From Isurus oxyrinchus (Eukaryota), in contig JANJGN010000071.1 in NCBI GenBank assembly GCA_026770705.1, positions 1,426,001 through 1,490,000 on the forward strand: DNA of 64,000 nt, given 5' to 3'. Shown piece by piece: positions 1 through 12,088 of the stretch. Made by a program: the position numbers and the translations under genes. Every line of letters begins with the position of its first letter. Positions within the stretch are counted from its first letter, which is position 1. Below the pieces are notes generated by a model that saw nothing but the letters and a program-made list of their open reading frames with translations, was not told the origin of the DNA and did not search any database.

Positions 1-640
1 AGGTGCAAGGTTAAGCACCACAGTGCCATCACTGGTGGGAGGATGTAAAGACAGTGTGACGTTTACATATGTTGCCCCCATTATAAACAGGGTCATTGGA
101 CATGATGGCAAAACTGAACACTGGAAAGGTGAGAAAATGAAGTAAGCTCTTCACTAACAGGAAATCCCTTCCTAAACTTCCTTATCTCTCCCTTTCTCTC
201 AGATACACAAAAAATTTGTCACAGGGCATTATAAGGAGGAGTTAGGACAGGCAAGAGTTACGGATTAGGAAGCTTCTTAAAGGAGGAGAGAGATACACGG
301 AGAGGTGGGGAGTATCAGTTGGAATCTTTGTGCATGTGAGTTTCTGGAATAGACTTTGTAATTTGGATATTCTTCGATAAATATGAATGGGAACACATAT
401 CCCAGAATCCAGGAGAACTCTCCAGTGCAGTACTGAGGGAGGTCAGGTAACTCACAAGGGAGTGTGTACTACTGAGTTAGTGTGTGAGTGTGTCTTTCTG
501 TGTGCTCATGAGTGTGGGATTGTGTGTGTGCATGCACTTTGGGTCTGTACATTTGTGAGTGCTTGTGTGTGTGTGCGTGGGAGAGCATCTGAATATTTGT
601 GTTTGGAGATGAGAGAAATATTAAAGTCTGTGTAACTCAC

Positions 641-922
641 ATTCCACAGTGATGGTTATGAACCCCTCCACTGCTCCATGTTCATTCTCTGCCACACACT
701 GATATTCTCCAGTGTCCCTGGATGTAACGTGAGGAATCACCAACCACAGCTCATTGTTGGAACTTGTTCTGTTCATTGGGACATTAAGATGTCGCCACAT
801 CAGGTTAGAAGCTGGGAAGCTCTCGACAGAGCAGATTATCACTGCAGAATTCCCCTCAATTATATTGATCGATGAAGCGTTAATCATATCTGGAGAAGTA
901 ATTGAGAGATTCCGTGGTGCGT
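641..922 (-). CDS. Gene A Siglec-like C2-set Ig exon (D3 type)
   Basis: 282 nt, acceptor ttttag and donor gtgagt, phase 1-1; (Y)APRNLSITSPDMINASS..VIICSVESFPASNLMW..DTGEYQCVAENEHGAVEGFITITVE. Confidence 0.85.
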
Positions 923-1039
923 CTAAAAACAAATACAGATCAGTTAACTTACACTGACTGTGAAGCACTTTGAAAGACACTGAGAATGTGAAAGGTGTGA
1001 TGTCAATGTACGTTCTTTCACCACATAGCCCGTAATCCA

Positions 1040-1520
1040 GGCAGACACTTCAGTTCAGTATTGAGGGCGTGCTGCACTGTCAGAGGGTCAGTACTGAGGG
1101 AGTGCTGCACTGTCAGTGTGTCAGTACTGAGGGAGTGTGGCACTGCCAGAGGGTCAGTCCTGAGGGGATGCTGCACTGTCGGAGGGTCAGTAGTGAGGGA
1201 GATCTGCACTGTTGGAGGGTCATTACTGAAGGAGTGCTGCACTGTCAAATGTTCGCTTCTGAGGGAGTGCTGCACTGTAGGAGGGACAGGGAGTGCTGCA
1301 CTGTAGGAGGGACAGTACTGTGGGAGCGCTGCACTGTAGGAGGGACAGTACTGTGGGAGCCCTGCACTGTAGGAGGGTTACTGCTGAGGTAAAACTGCAC
1401 AGTCAGAGCGTCAGTTCTGATTGACCAGTGCAATGTTGGAGGAGCACTACTGAGGGATCATTACACTATTAGAGAGTCAGTAATGAGGGAGTGCTGCACT
1501 GTAGAAGGGTCAGTGCTGAG
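1040..1520. repeat. 33-bp minisatellite (GTCAGTACTGAGGGAGTGCTGCACTGTCGGAGG family)
   Basis: Degenerate tandem units visible; produces spurious repetitive ORFs. Confidence 0.9.
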
Positions 1521-1791
1521 GAGGCAAACACGCTGTTATGTGTGTACTATAGGCCTCCTGTGATAATGTGGAGTGCCAGGTACCTTTAAGAGAATACAAG
1601 TGGATAAACCATGTGACAGTACTGACCAATCACTGGACAGTGTGGGCCACTGGTTAACTGTAAGTCTAGAGCTGGAGGTGGCTGTGGGAGCAGGCAAGGA
1701 TTTAGTGCTCTGCCCTCTGTTACAATAAATAATCAGCTTGTTCTAATGTCGGTCTCTCTTGGTTATTGATAGCGAGCATCAACTAAGAAGA

Positions 1792-1935
1792 ACTCAGCAG
1801 GTCTGGCAGCTTCGGGGGAGAAGAAAAGAGTTGATATTTCGAGTCCTCATGACCCTTCGACAGAACTGAGGTCATGAGGACTCGAAACGTCAACACTTTT
1901 CTTCTCCGCCGATGCTGCCAGACCTGCTGAGTTTT
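1792..1935. repeat. Inverted-repeat (hairpin) pair of a Penelope-like short repeat
   Basis: aactcagcaggtctggcagc...ttcgagtcctcatgacc is the reverse complement of ggtcatgaggactcgaa...gctgccagacctgctgagtt; ~65-bp arms. Confidence 0.75.
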
Positions 1936-2059
1936 TCCAGGTAACTCTGTTTTTGTTTTGGATTTCCAGCATCCGCAGTTTTTTTGTTTTTATCAACTAA
2001 CAAGTGTATATGAAGGAGTGCAATTCGAATTTACTCAACCAGTGAACTCATAGACTCAA

Positions 2060-3810
2060 GATATAAAACCAACAAACAGTCAGGGAGAGATGGACAATCC
2101 AACATGTGATCACATTTCAGAGATGTGTAAGAATAATAAAGCAGTAATACTCAGGGATTTTAACTACCCAAATATTAACTGGGACAGCTTTAGTGAGCAA
2201 GGTAGGGAGGGAGAAAAATTCTGAAGTTGCATCCAGGAGAAGATTTTTAGCCTGTGCATAGAAAGCTCAACAAGGGAGGGGACAGTTCTGGACCTAATAT
2301 ATGGAAAAGCGCCGGGGAAGTTGGAAAGCGTATCAGTAGGGGAGAAAGTGACTGGAACTCAATTGGATTTAGGACAGTTATGGAGAAGGATAAGTTTGTG
2401 CTGGGAATAAAAATTCTAAACTGGGGAAAGGCTAATTTTACTAAGATGAGATATGATTGGGCCCAAGTGGACTGGGAGAAGCTCTTTGCAGATAAAACTG
2501 TGTCAGAGCAGTGGGAGGCATTCAAGGAGGGAATAGCGAGAGTACAGAGCAGATATCTTCCTGTAAAGACAAAGAGGGAGACCAAGTCTGGAGAACCCTG
2601 GAAGACAAGGAACATAAAGGTTAGGATTGAGAAAAAAGAGAAGCTGATGGCAGATACTGAGGGCTCAATACAGCAGAGTCCCTAGAGGAGTATAAATAGT
2701 GCAGAGGGGAACTGAAAAAGGACATTAGGAAAGATAAGAGAGTGCATGAGAAAGCACTGGTGAGTAGAATAAAGCAAAACCCAGAGGGGTTTTTTAAATA
2801 TGTAAAGAGCCGGAGAATAACTCGGGAAAGAGTGGGGCTGATTAGGGACCATCGAGGTAATGTGTGTGTGGACCTGGAAGACGTGGGTACAGTCCTCAAT
2901 GAATACTTTGCATCAGTCTTCACAATGGAAAAGGATGATGCAGGTATAACATCAGGGTGGAGGACTGTGAAATATGAGATGAAATTAACGCGGAGAAAGG
3001 AGGTACTAGTGGGTTTAGTGGCCTGAAAAGTGGATAAATCCACAAGCCCAGATGAAATGAATCCAAAGCTGTTGAGGGAGGCAAGGGAAGAGATATCAGG
3101 GGCCCTGGCAGTAATTTTCAAATCCTCTCTGGCCACAGGTGAGGTGCCAGAGGACTGGAGGATGGCTAATGTTGTCCCATTATTAAAAAAGGGAGGAAGG
3201 GATAGATCAGGAAATTACAGGCCAGTCAGTCTAACCTCGGTGGTGGGGAAGTTACTAGTAAGAATTCTGAAGGACAGAATGAATCTGCACTGGGAGAGAC
3301 AAGGATTAATCTGGGATATTCAGCATGGATTTGTTAAGGGAAGGTCATGTTTGACAAACCTGATCAAATCTTTTGAGGAGGTAACCAGGAGTGTTGATGA
3401 GAGTAATGCCTTTGATGTCGTCGACATGGGCTGAGGAAGGCTTTTGATCAGGTGCCTCTTGGCAGAGAGGCCAAGAAAGTAAGAGCCCATGGGATCCAAG
3501 GCAAAGTGGCACGTTGGATCCAATATTGGCTGAGGCAGGAAGCAGAGGGTGATGGTGGAGGGATGTTTCTGTGACTGGATGTCTGTTTCCAGTGGGGTTC
3601 CACAGGGCAAAGTGCTGGGGCACTTGCTGTTTGTGGTGTATATAAATGAATTGGACTTATATAAAGGGGAAATGATCACGACGCAAATGGAATTCAACCT
3701 GGAAAAATGTGAGGTGATGCACTTGGGGAGGGAGTTGCTGACCAGCATGGACATGATGGGCTAAATGGCCTCCTTCTGTCCTGCAAGTGTCTATGAGTCT
3801 ATGAGTCCAT
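2060..3810 (+). mobile_element. Degenerate CR1-type LINE (endonuclease/RT fragments, internally deleted)
   Basis: Fragments GDFNYPNINW, VPEDWRMANVVPL, NYRPVSLTSVVGK, QHGFVKGRSCLTNL, SGVPQG; 3' microsatellite tail ctatgagt repeats; stops and frameshifts. Confidence 0.85.
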
Positions 3811-3978
3811 GATGCACTGTCGGAGAGTCAGTAGTAAGGATGTACTGCCTGTCAGGGGTCACTTTTTACCAGTTAAATACCAATGGTTTGTTTATAAACA
3901 AAGTGCAGTATGTGGGAGCTTGCTGTGCACATTTGATACTATTCCAACTAATGTAGATTGAAGGGTGTTTGTACTTAC

Positions 3979-4275
3979 ATAGCACAGTCAGTACGAGGGT
4001 CCGCTCCGATGAAACAGATGGATATCTCACTCTGCAGCTGAGAGTGTGTCCGTGGTGTTTGAGTGATGGGATCAGGGTCAGAACAGAAGTATGGGTCAGA
4101 GTGACACCATGCTGAGTTACAGTGTTTGAGACTGATCCACGTACGTCAGTGGGAGTGTCCCAGGTTAAGACAGGTGCTGCTGTCCCATTGCACGTTGTGT
4201 TGAAGGTGCAGCTTACATCCACACGCTTTCCTGCAATAATTTCAGCAGGGAATATCGTGGGTTTATCTGTGAAAT
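3979..4275 (-). CDS. Gene A Siglec D2 C2-set exon
   Basis: 297 nt, acceptor ctgtctgttag and donor gtaagt; DFTDKPTIFPAEIIAGKRVDVSCTFNTTCNG..LTW..TLSCRVRYP; extra Cys (TTC) typical of the Siglec V-C2 interdomain disulfide. Confidence 0.85.
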
Positions 4276-5219
4276 CTAACAGACAGAGAATGGATCCTTT
4301 TAGACAAATATAATGTGAAGCATCAGTTCAAATAGAAACCACAGTCCCACAAGAGAAAGCATTTTTACAAGGATGATATCAGAACTGAGAGGTTACAATG
4401 ATCATTTTAGAATTGTCTCTTTTTACACTTGTTGAATCTCTGTCACTCAGATTAATACACTCTCACTCAGTGACACTTGATTTGACCAGACTGGGTGAGG
4501 GTGGAGGAACAGCTCACAGCTCGGGGAGAACAGACTCAGCATTTGGAAAAGGATATAGAGACACTGGAGAGGGTGGTAAAAAGCTTCACAAGGATGATCT
4601 CAGCAATGTGAGGCTTTACCTATCAGGAGAGGATGTACAGGCTGGGTCTCTGTTCCCGTGAACAGAGAAGGTTGAGGGGTGACATCATTTGACCTTTGAA
4701 GTAATGAAAGGATTTGATCGAGTAGACATGGAGAGAGTGTTTCCACTCATCACAATGAACAAAACCAGAGGCTGACAATATAACATCCTCACAAATAAAT
4801 CCAATGGGGAATTCAGGAGGAACTTCTTTACCCAGAGAGTGGGGAGAATGTGTGCTTCAAGAGTCACTTCATTGGCTGTGAATTGATTTAGGATCATCCT
4901 GAGGTGGTGAAAGGCGCTATAGGAATGCAAGTCATTCTGTTGTCAATTTGTGGGAATTTAAAACAGGATTAGAGAGCTTGATAAGATTGGATAACCTGAT
5001 AACACTGATGGACACACTCAATCTATTTAATCATTGATATTAAAGTGAGTATTAGAGGTTGCTTTAGGACTGAACTGGAAGCTATCACCCGGTTATTGAG
5101 AATCAGACAGTGTGTTATAATAAACTGTGTTTTGTGTTAATATGTAAACGTCACAGTTTGTGTTATTTCCCATTGAGTGTTGGATGTGAATTGTTGAGTA
5201 ATTATAACACAGCACTTAC

Positions 5220-5588
5220 CAGAAATGTGAAGCTGGGTTACAGGATAGTAGTTGTAGTTATTTGTACTTCCAAATTCTATTCTGAAAAAATAAGGTCCTG
5301 CATCTTCCCATCTGATGTTGTTTATAATCAGGGAACAGTCGCCATCTTTCAGGTCTCCAGACAGCCGGGTCCGATGGTGGAACCGTGGTAACTCGTGACT
5401 GTGATCCTTGGAGTGAAAGGCAAAGGGATTGTCGAATTTGTGTTTCTCGTTATTAAACCAGATTCCGACTCGTGGTTGGCTTTCCAAATGTGCTGGATAA
5501 CTGTAATGACATGGAATCTGTACACACGAACCTTCCTGCGCTGTCACTTCTCGTGGAGTGTCACCTTTCCACTCTTGTGACAGTCCAA
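5220..5588 (-). CDS. Gene A Siglec V-set exon (V1), essential Arg intact
   Basis: 369 nt, ccccag/gtaagt; VGLSQEWKG..EGSCVQIPCHYSYP..W..GDCSLIINNI..DAGPYFFRIE (Siglec B/E-strand Cys pair, no F-strand Cys, YFFR arginine). Confidence 0.9.
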
Positions 5589-6539
5589 CTGGGGAGAGAA
5601 ATATCTATATTTAATTCTGGATCCTCAATGTCAACTGAATCTTCATTGTCACTTCATTGTCTAAGGAATCTCGTTGGATCCTCATTGTCTGAGGAGTCTC
5701 TTTGGATCCTCAATGTCTAAGGGATTATTTCTGATCCAAACCCCATATTGTTGTATTGTTGATTCCGATGCAGCATTGTAGACTGACTTGTCCCCAAGCT
5801 CAGCACTGACCCTACTCCAGCAGACACTGTGAAACACACTAACAAAGCGCCTTTAGCCTGAGCTCTGCCTGTGTCAAGAGCAAAGACAAATATACAAACT
5901 GAATATTGACACCTTTACACACGGACAGCTTTGCCTTCCTTCTCTCTTTCAGTTATCTTGCTCCCTTATTGAAGTATCTAGCAAGGTGAGAATGGACAGG
6001 AAGTGTGACACTGAACAGCCTGTCTATTCTAGGAGCTGCTGTGTTGTCTTCATGGGAAATTCTGACTAAAATCAGCAAAAGACACTAATTTCAGGCCATT
6101 GCTGTCAGAGTCTCAGCATCAAGATAGACTTCATCCCCTGAATTTTGTGTTTGATTTTCTACTCAAACTTTCACCTCCCCAAACCTCCACCCCGACCCCA
6201 CAAGTCACTCGCTGACCTACACTGGCTCCCAGTCCAACAATGCCTCGATGTGATTATTTTCACACTTGATTTCCAATCCCTCCATCACTCCGCTCCACTT
6301 CCTGTCTCTGTAACCCCCTCCAAACCTACAACCCTCTGTGATCTCTGCTCTCCTCCAATTCTGCTGTCAGACAGGGAGTCAGTGTATATCAGTGAGCACA
6401 GGGGTGGTGGGTGAATGGGACTTGGTGTGAGTTTGTACACTGGCTCACTGCTGAATCAGTTCCCTATCAGAGCTCAATAAGAATGATCTTTTACAAAGAC
6501 TATTAACCATAAATCTGTCCAAGCTGACAATGATATTAC

Positions 6540-6579
6540 CTTGGAGAAGTGACAGGAGGCAGTAATATTTCCCGATTAT
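6540..6579 (-). pseudogene. Gene A signal-peptide exon with start codon ATG>ATA
   Basis: Reverse complement reads ggacaATAatcgggaaatattactgc..ctccaag|gtaata; paralogs read ggacaATGatcggg. Confidence 0.75.
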
Positions 6580-7011
6580 TGTCCACTCCCAGATATTCCT
6601 TTAGCTTCTGACTCTCAAACTCTGAAAGAGAAAGGAGTTAATGAGACCTCACCTCTTGTCCGACAGCTCTCGAGAGATCTGAACTGCTTTTAGACAATGT
6701 CCTCTGAGACTAATTTGGTTCTCTGTGGGATGATAGGTGCTCTGCAGAGAGTTAAAAAGCTTTAAAAAAAAAATCAATGAAGGACTTGCATTTCTATATC
6801 GCCTTTCACCTCCTCAGGATGTCCCAAAGCTCATGTACCTTGAGCTAGAAAGATGTTCTGTACAACAGACTTGAGTCTCACACCCAGATCTCAATAATCA
6901 GTAGAAATCTTTCAAAGGCATCAATCATTGGAATCTGTCTTTATAAAGTCACAACATCAACAAAGGACGGTGTTGGTGGTGGAAGTGAATTCCAATCGTT
7001 CCGTTACTTAC

Positions 7012-7151
7012 CCAGGACCTGTCCGACTGCTCGCCTGGGGAGGAACTGCCCACACGCTCTGCTTGGGCTGAATGACCTCTTCCTGTGCTGCTCCTCTGTG
7101 TGTTTAATTAGAAAGGGTTGATGTGTCACTGTGAGACAAAATGAGGAAGTT
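7012..7151 (-). promoter_or_regulatory. Gene A non-coding exon 1 and proximal promoter (PU.1/ETS site)
   Basis: Same exon as 14901-14987 with donor ctgg|gtaagt; AAAATGAGGAAGT at 7138-7150. Confidence 0.65.
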
Positions 7152-7369
7152 GCATCAAAGTGACAGAACAGCTCGTGTTTTGAGTTTTTTGAAGCTGTTA
7201 ACCCTTTGCGTTCTGGACTTGTGATGATATTTCTGCTCAAAAGCGGAAAGTCATTGACCAGGAATTCTCCTGTGGGACACTGGATTTCGAACCCTCTCTC
7301 TCTCTGAGTGAGAAGGTCGTCAGTTCGAAATTCATTTGGCAAAATTCAGGCTGGCAAACCAGACCGGCA

Positions 7370-8460
7370 CTCGGTGTCAGGACTGAGAGTCCTGCACAGT
7401 CGGAGAGTCAGTACTGAGGGAGTGTTGCACTGTTGGACGGTCAGCACTGACTTAGTGCTGCACTGTCGGAGGGTCTGTACTGCGAGTGTTGCACTCTGGG
7501 TGTGCCAGTGCTGAAGGAGTGCTGCACTGTCAGATGGTCAATGCTGAGGGAGCGCTACACTTTTCAAGCATCAGTACCTAGGGGCTGCTGCACTATCAGG
7601 GGCTCATGACTAAGGGACCACTGCACAGTCGGAGGGTCCGTACCCAGGGAATGCTGCACTGTCGCAGGCTCAGTACCGAGGGAGTGCAAACTTAAGTAGT
7701 GACAAGGGTTGAATAAACTGGTGATGAGGTGAAAAACAAGGAAGAAAAATCAAGGAATGAGAGTCCTGCACAATCGGAGGGTCAGTACTGAGAGAGAGCT
7801 GCACTGTTGGAGGGTGAGTATTGAGGGAGTGCTGCATAGTCAGAGGGTCAGTACTGAGGGAGTGCTGCAAGGTCAGAGGGTCAGTGCTATGAGAGAGCTG
7901 CATTGTCAGAGGGTCAGTACAGAGGGACTGCTGCACAATCGGAGCGTCAGTACTGAGGGAGTGCTGCACTGTCAGAGGGTCAGTACTGAGGGAGTACTGC
8001 ACTGTTGGAGGGTCAGTACTGAGGGAGTGTTGCACTGTGAGAGGGTCAGTACAGAGGTAGAGCTGCACTGTCAGAGGGTCAGTACTGAGGGAGTGCTGCA
8101 CTGTCAGAGGGTCAGTACTGAGACAGAGCTGCACTGTCAGATGGGCAGTACTGAGGGAGTGTTGCACTGTGGGAGGGTCAGTACTGAGAGAGTGCTGCAC
8201 AGTCGGGGGGTCAGTACTGAGGGAGTGCTGCACAATCGGAGGGTCAGTACTGAGGGAGTGCTGCACTGTCGGAGGGTCAGTACTGAGGGAGAGCTGCACT
8301 TTCGGAGGGTCAGTACTGAGGGAATGCTGCACTGTTGGAGGGTCAGTACCGAGGGAATGCTGCACCGTCGGAGTGTCAGTACTGAGGGAGTGCTGCACTG
8401 CTGGAGGGTCAGTACCGAGGGACTGCTGCACTGTCACAGGTTCAGTACCGAGGGAATGTA
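7370..8460. repeat. 33-bp minisatellite array
   Basis: ~30 units; a ~65-bp block (tagtgacaagggttgaataaactggtgatgaggtgaaaaacaagg) occurs at ~7696 and ~8486. Confidence 0.9.
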
Positions 8461-8639
8461 AACCGAACCCATTGGTCAACTAAAATAGTGACAAGGGTTG
8501 AATAAACTGGTGATGAGGTGAAAAACAAGGAAGAAAAAGCAAGGAATGAAAGCAAGCAAATTGAAATCGGGCTGTGCCTCACGCAGTGATTATAAATATA
8601 ATTTCCATCCTAATAACCGAAGCAGTCCCCTCGAAGAAT

Positions 8640-11130
8640 GCTGCAGTTTGGAAGAGTTGATCCTGTCGACCCAACGGTGGGTGATTGGTATCATTATGGT
8701 GAACTTCTCGCGTTCTTTTTCCAAGTGAATGACATTGATGGGGAGGAGAAGAGGCGAGCGACCCTCTTATCCACGTGTGGCAGTAAGATTTAGGGATTGA
8801 TGCGAACTTTAATGCCACCCGGTGCCATGGATTCAAAAAGTTTAGATGATATAGTGAACCTTGTGAAGATTCCTTCCCAGCCCCAGCCCTCGGTAACGAT
8901 GCAACGGTCCAAATTTAACTCAAGAAATAGAGTCCCAGGGGAGGTAGCTGCATGTTATGTGGAAATTCTGAAACAGTTCACAGGACATTGTGAGTTTGGT
9001 AAATCTATAAATGATATGCTGAGAGATCGACTGGTGTGCAGAATAAATGAAGATGCGATTCAGAAGAGATTACTGTCTGAAACAGATTTGGATATTCAGA
9101 AGGCTCTGGGAAGAGTGCTGGCTAAGGAAAGAGCAGTGAGGGACTCGAAAAACATATGGTGAGAGCAAAATGTCACCGTCCTCATGTTGGGTGAGGAGCC
9201 TCAGCCAAGAAGTGCGGGAAAATGTACAGCTCTGATGAGAAACGGGAAACCTCCACCACTAGCAGCAAATAAAAAGGAATGACTTATCAGAGGAAACATG
9301 GAATAATGTGAACAGAGGTGAAGCAGACAACCTCGTAGTGAATGGAACTTTAAAAAAATCAATTTTTTTTACTGTCATCGAAACAGAGAGCCCATGAGAG
9401 ATTGCAAGGATAGAATCAGGCAGAGTTTCAACCAAGAGAGAAAACCCTGTGAGATCCATAACATAGAAGAGCCTGAAGTAACAGATTCAGATAGTTATTC
9501 ATTGTATAATTTAAAGGTAGGAAGAACAGAGCCAATCTATGTAACAGTGAGGGTGAATGATAGAGCTCTCCGAATGGGGGTGGACACAGGAGCTAACACT
9601 ACGCTAATTGGGGAGCATACTTTCAAATACTGGAATCATGGGGAAAGTCAATTAAATTTGGAAGAAACAGATGACTAATTGAAAACTTACACGGGAGAAG
9701 ACATTCAAGCCAAAGACATAAGCAGGGTTGTTATACAGTATGGAAGTCAATCAGTAAAATGACCCTTGATGATAGGAGCTGGTGAGGGACCAAGCCTCCT
9801 TGGACGAAACTGGCTGAAAGATATTAAACTGGATTGGTCTGAGATCTTCCAACTGAGAGCCAGTGGGCTACCTGAGCGACTACAAAAATACATCTCAGTT
9901 TTCCAAGATGAACTCGGGGAGATCCAGGGGCTGCAAGCAAAAATTCATGTGGATCCAGACTCTACCCCTCTGATTTATGAAGGCACGACCAGTACCTTAT
10001 GCAATGTGGGAAAAGGCAGATGCTGAATTGGGCAGGTTCTAGAAACTGGGAGTGATACAATCTGTGCTGTCCTCAGAATGGGCAGCACCAATAGTCCCTG
10101 TACCTGAGCCTGGCCAAAGTGTTTGTGGAGATGACAAGAATTGACTGGAACGGCCTACACGGAGCTGATATGAGCCATGCTTATCAACAATTGGAGTTCG
10201 AGAAGGCCTCCCAGAAGTTTGTCACAATTAATACACACAAAGGGTTGTATCAATAAACCGGTTTGCCTTTCAGAGTCTCCTCTGCAGGATCACAGTGTCT
10301 TAATGGCACAGCAGGAGGCCATTCAGCCCATCGTGTCTATCCCAGCTCTCCAAATGAGCATCATGACCTAGTGTCATTGCCCTGCCTTTCCCCATGCCCC
10401 TGCACCTTTTCTCTATCCAAATAACCATCTAATGCCCTCCTGAATGCCTCGATTGAACCTGCCTCCACAACACTTCCAGGCCGTGCATTCCAGGCCCAAA
10501 ACTTAGTTGTGTGAAAAAGTTTTTTCTCACGTCACATTTGCAACATCAGTCATGCTAAATGTCAGCGGGAAGGTGGAAAGGAGTCCAGGAAGACAGGAAA
10601 CTGGACATGACTGGCATAGCCATGACAGGAAGCTGACCGTAGGAGAGACGGTATATGTGAAGGATTTTAGAGAACGGCCAAAGTGGTCACCGGGTGAAAT
10701 AAATGCAGCGATTGGAACTCTTTCTCACCATGTGAAAGTGGAAGACCGAGTCATATGGAGACATGTGGGTCATATAAGGAGGAGAGAAACAAAGTACCAA
10801 GAAACAACCCCACCAGTCTTCACGGCTGCGTCTATGTCTCCTGTTGAAAGAACTCAGCTGAGAACAGATGTGTCTGAAGGGTCCGTTGTACCTGCAAGAG
10901 TTGAGGAAACAGGTTTGCAGGTGTCCACCGAAGAAGCTGGTGTTGGGACAACATCAGAAAAGGAGACTCCTGACAAAGCATCTGAAGCTGTGGATCTGAG
11001 ACGTTCCAGACGCATAAGGAAACCCCCCAGAAAGACTGAATTTGTAAATTACTGATCTGTGTAAATCATCTGATACTTTGAGAAAATGGTAAAAGTAAGT
11101 GTAAAATGTATTTCTGAGTAAAGGGGGAGG
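8640..11130 (+). mobile_element. Degenerate Gypsy/Ty3 LTR retrotransposon internal region
   Basis: Gag-like MLRDRLVCRINEDAIQKRLL, protease VDTGA and LLGRNWL, partial RT, integrase C-terminal region; polypurine tract aaagggggaggg ~11119-11131. Confidence 0.8.
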
Positions 11131-11131
11131 G

Positions 11132-11862
11132 TGGTGGTAATCTGATGTGTGATGTACCTTTAAGAAGAAGGTTACAATGGAAGATAACATGAGCTCAGTG
11201 TTGTGGTGTGTTCTCAGAATCAACCTCAGGCCTGGCTAAAAACAGAACTCTACCCATTACAGGGAAACCATCTTTTTTGTTCACAGAGTTAGTCACGTAC
11301 ACATTGGGTTATTGAAATTCAAATCTTGTCAGTACATAATCACATAATAAGCAGATGTTCCCAGTCCCAGGTACATATCTGCTCATTACCCAAGCAAGAA
11401 CTGTTTATCTCGTTCTAGCCTGGTGCTGTTTGCCTTTACCTGATCTGTTTACCCTCAGCATCTCTTTATGTCTCTTCTCGAGTTAATCCCTTGTGATCTT
11501 CAAGGCCTTTCTGGAGAGTTCTGCTGATGTCAGCCCCATGGTGCACAAGGTTCACCTGGAGAATTCTGCTGACCTTTGGTTTTCACTAATAGAAGTCCCT
11601 GTTTAACTCTTATATCAGTGTCCAACAGCCGAGTGGCGCAGGTACCTCAGTAGTCGGTCACCTTTGGTTAGAGCCTGTAATGCGGAGACAGGGCTTGAGT
11701 TGAAAGCACACAAGTGTAGCTGCTGAGTTCCTTTGTAAATAAGCAGAATGTGTTTCATCTAAGAACTGTCTGCTGATCTACTCTGTCTATTGTACCTACT
11801 CAGCCTCTCCAAAACAAGCCTGGATCCATAAGTCCCAACAAACTCGTGAGCAGCATCCAACA
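11132..11862 (+). mobile_element. Probable LTR (possibly with nested sequence)
   Basis: Begins TG after the PPT and ends ...catccaaCA at the segmental-duplication junction. Confidence 0.45.
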
Positions 11863-11971
11863 GTATCAATAATTAATGTATGTATTGTGGGTGGAATTTT
11901 TGATTTGGATCAATAATACTAAACACTGATCACTCTGATTGTCACTCTGATCATTTCTGTTTCTATTACAG

Positions 11972-12088
11972 AAGAAAGATGAGAAGGATCTGGAAATGAA
12001 ATCTAACCGCGGAGTCAATCCTGATACAGATGATGATCTTTACGCAAACTGTGATTTTGCCAAGGATTCTGTTTATGGGAATTTATAA
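11972..12088 (+). pseudogene. Orphan copy of terminal cytoplasmic exon (KKDEK..DDLYANCDFAKDSVYGNL*)
   Basis: Identical to 45235-45351 with acceptor ctattacag, but no upstream + strand gene body in the window. Confidence 0.7.

Noticed and set aside
5220-5588. Assigning MAG, CD22, SIGLEC1 or SIGLEC15 gene symbols
   Set aside because: Family motifs are clear but orthology needs phylogeny and synteny; the domain layout fits none exactly
7370-8480. Long ORFs (269 aa, 234 aa) and CRISPR-like periodicity in the 33-bp arrays (also 21185-23518, 54412-56311)
   Set aside because: Head-to-tail minisatellite without unique spacers; a 33-nt unit keeps frames open; eukaryotic context with no cas genes
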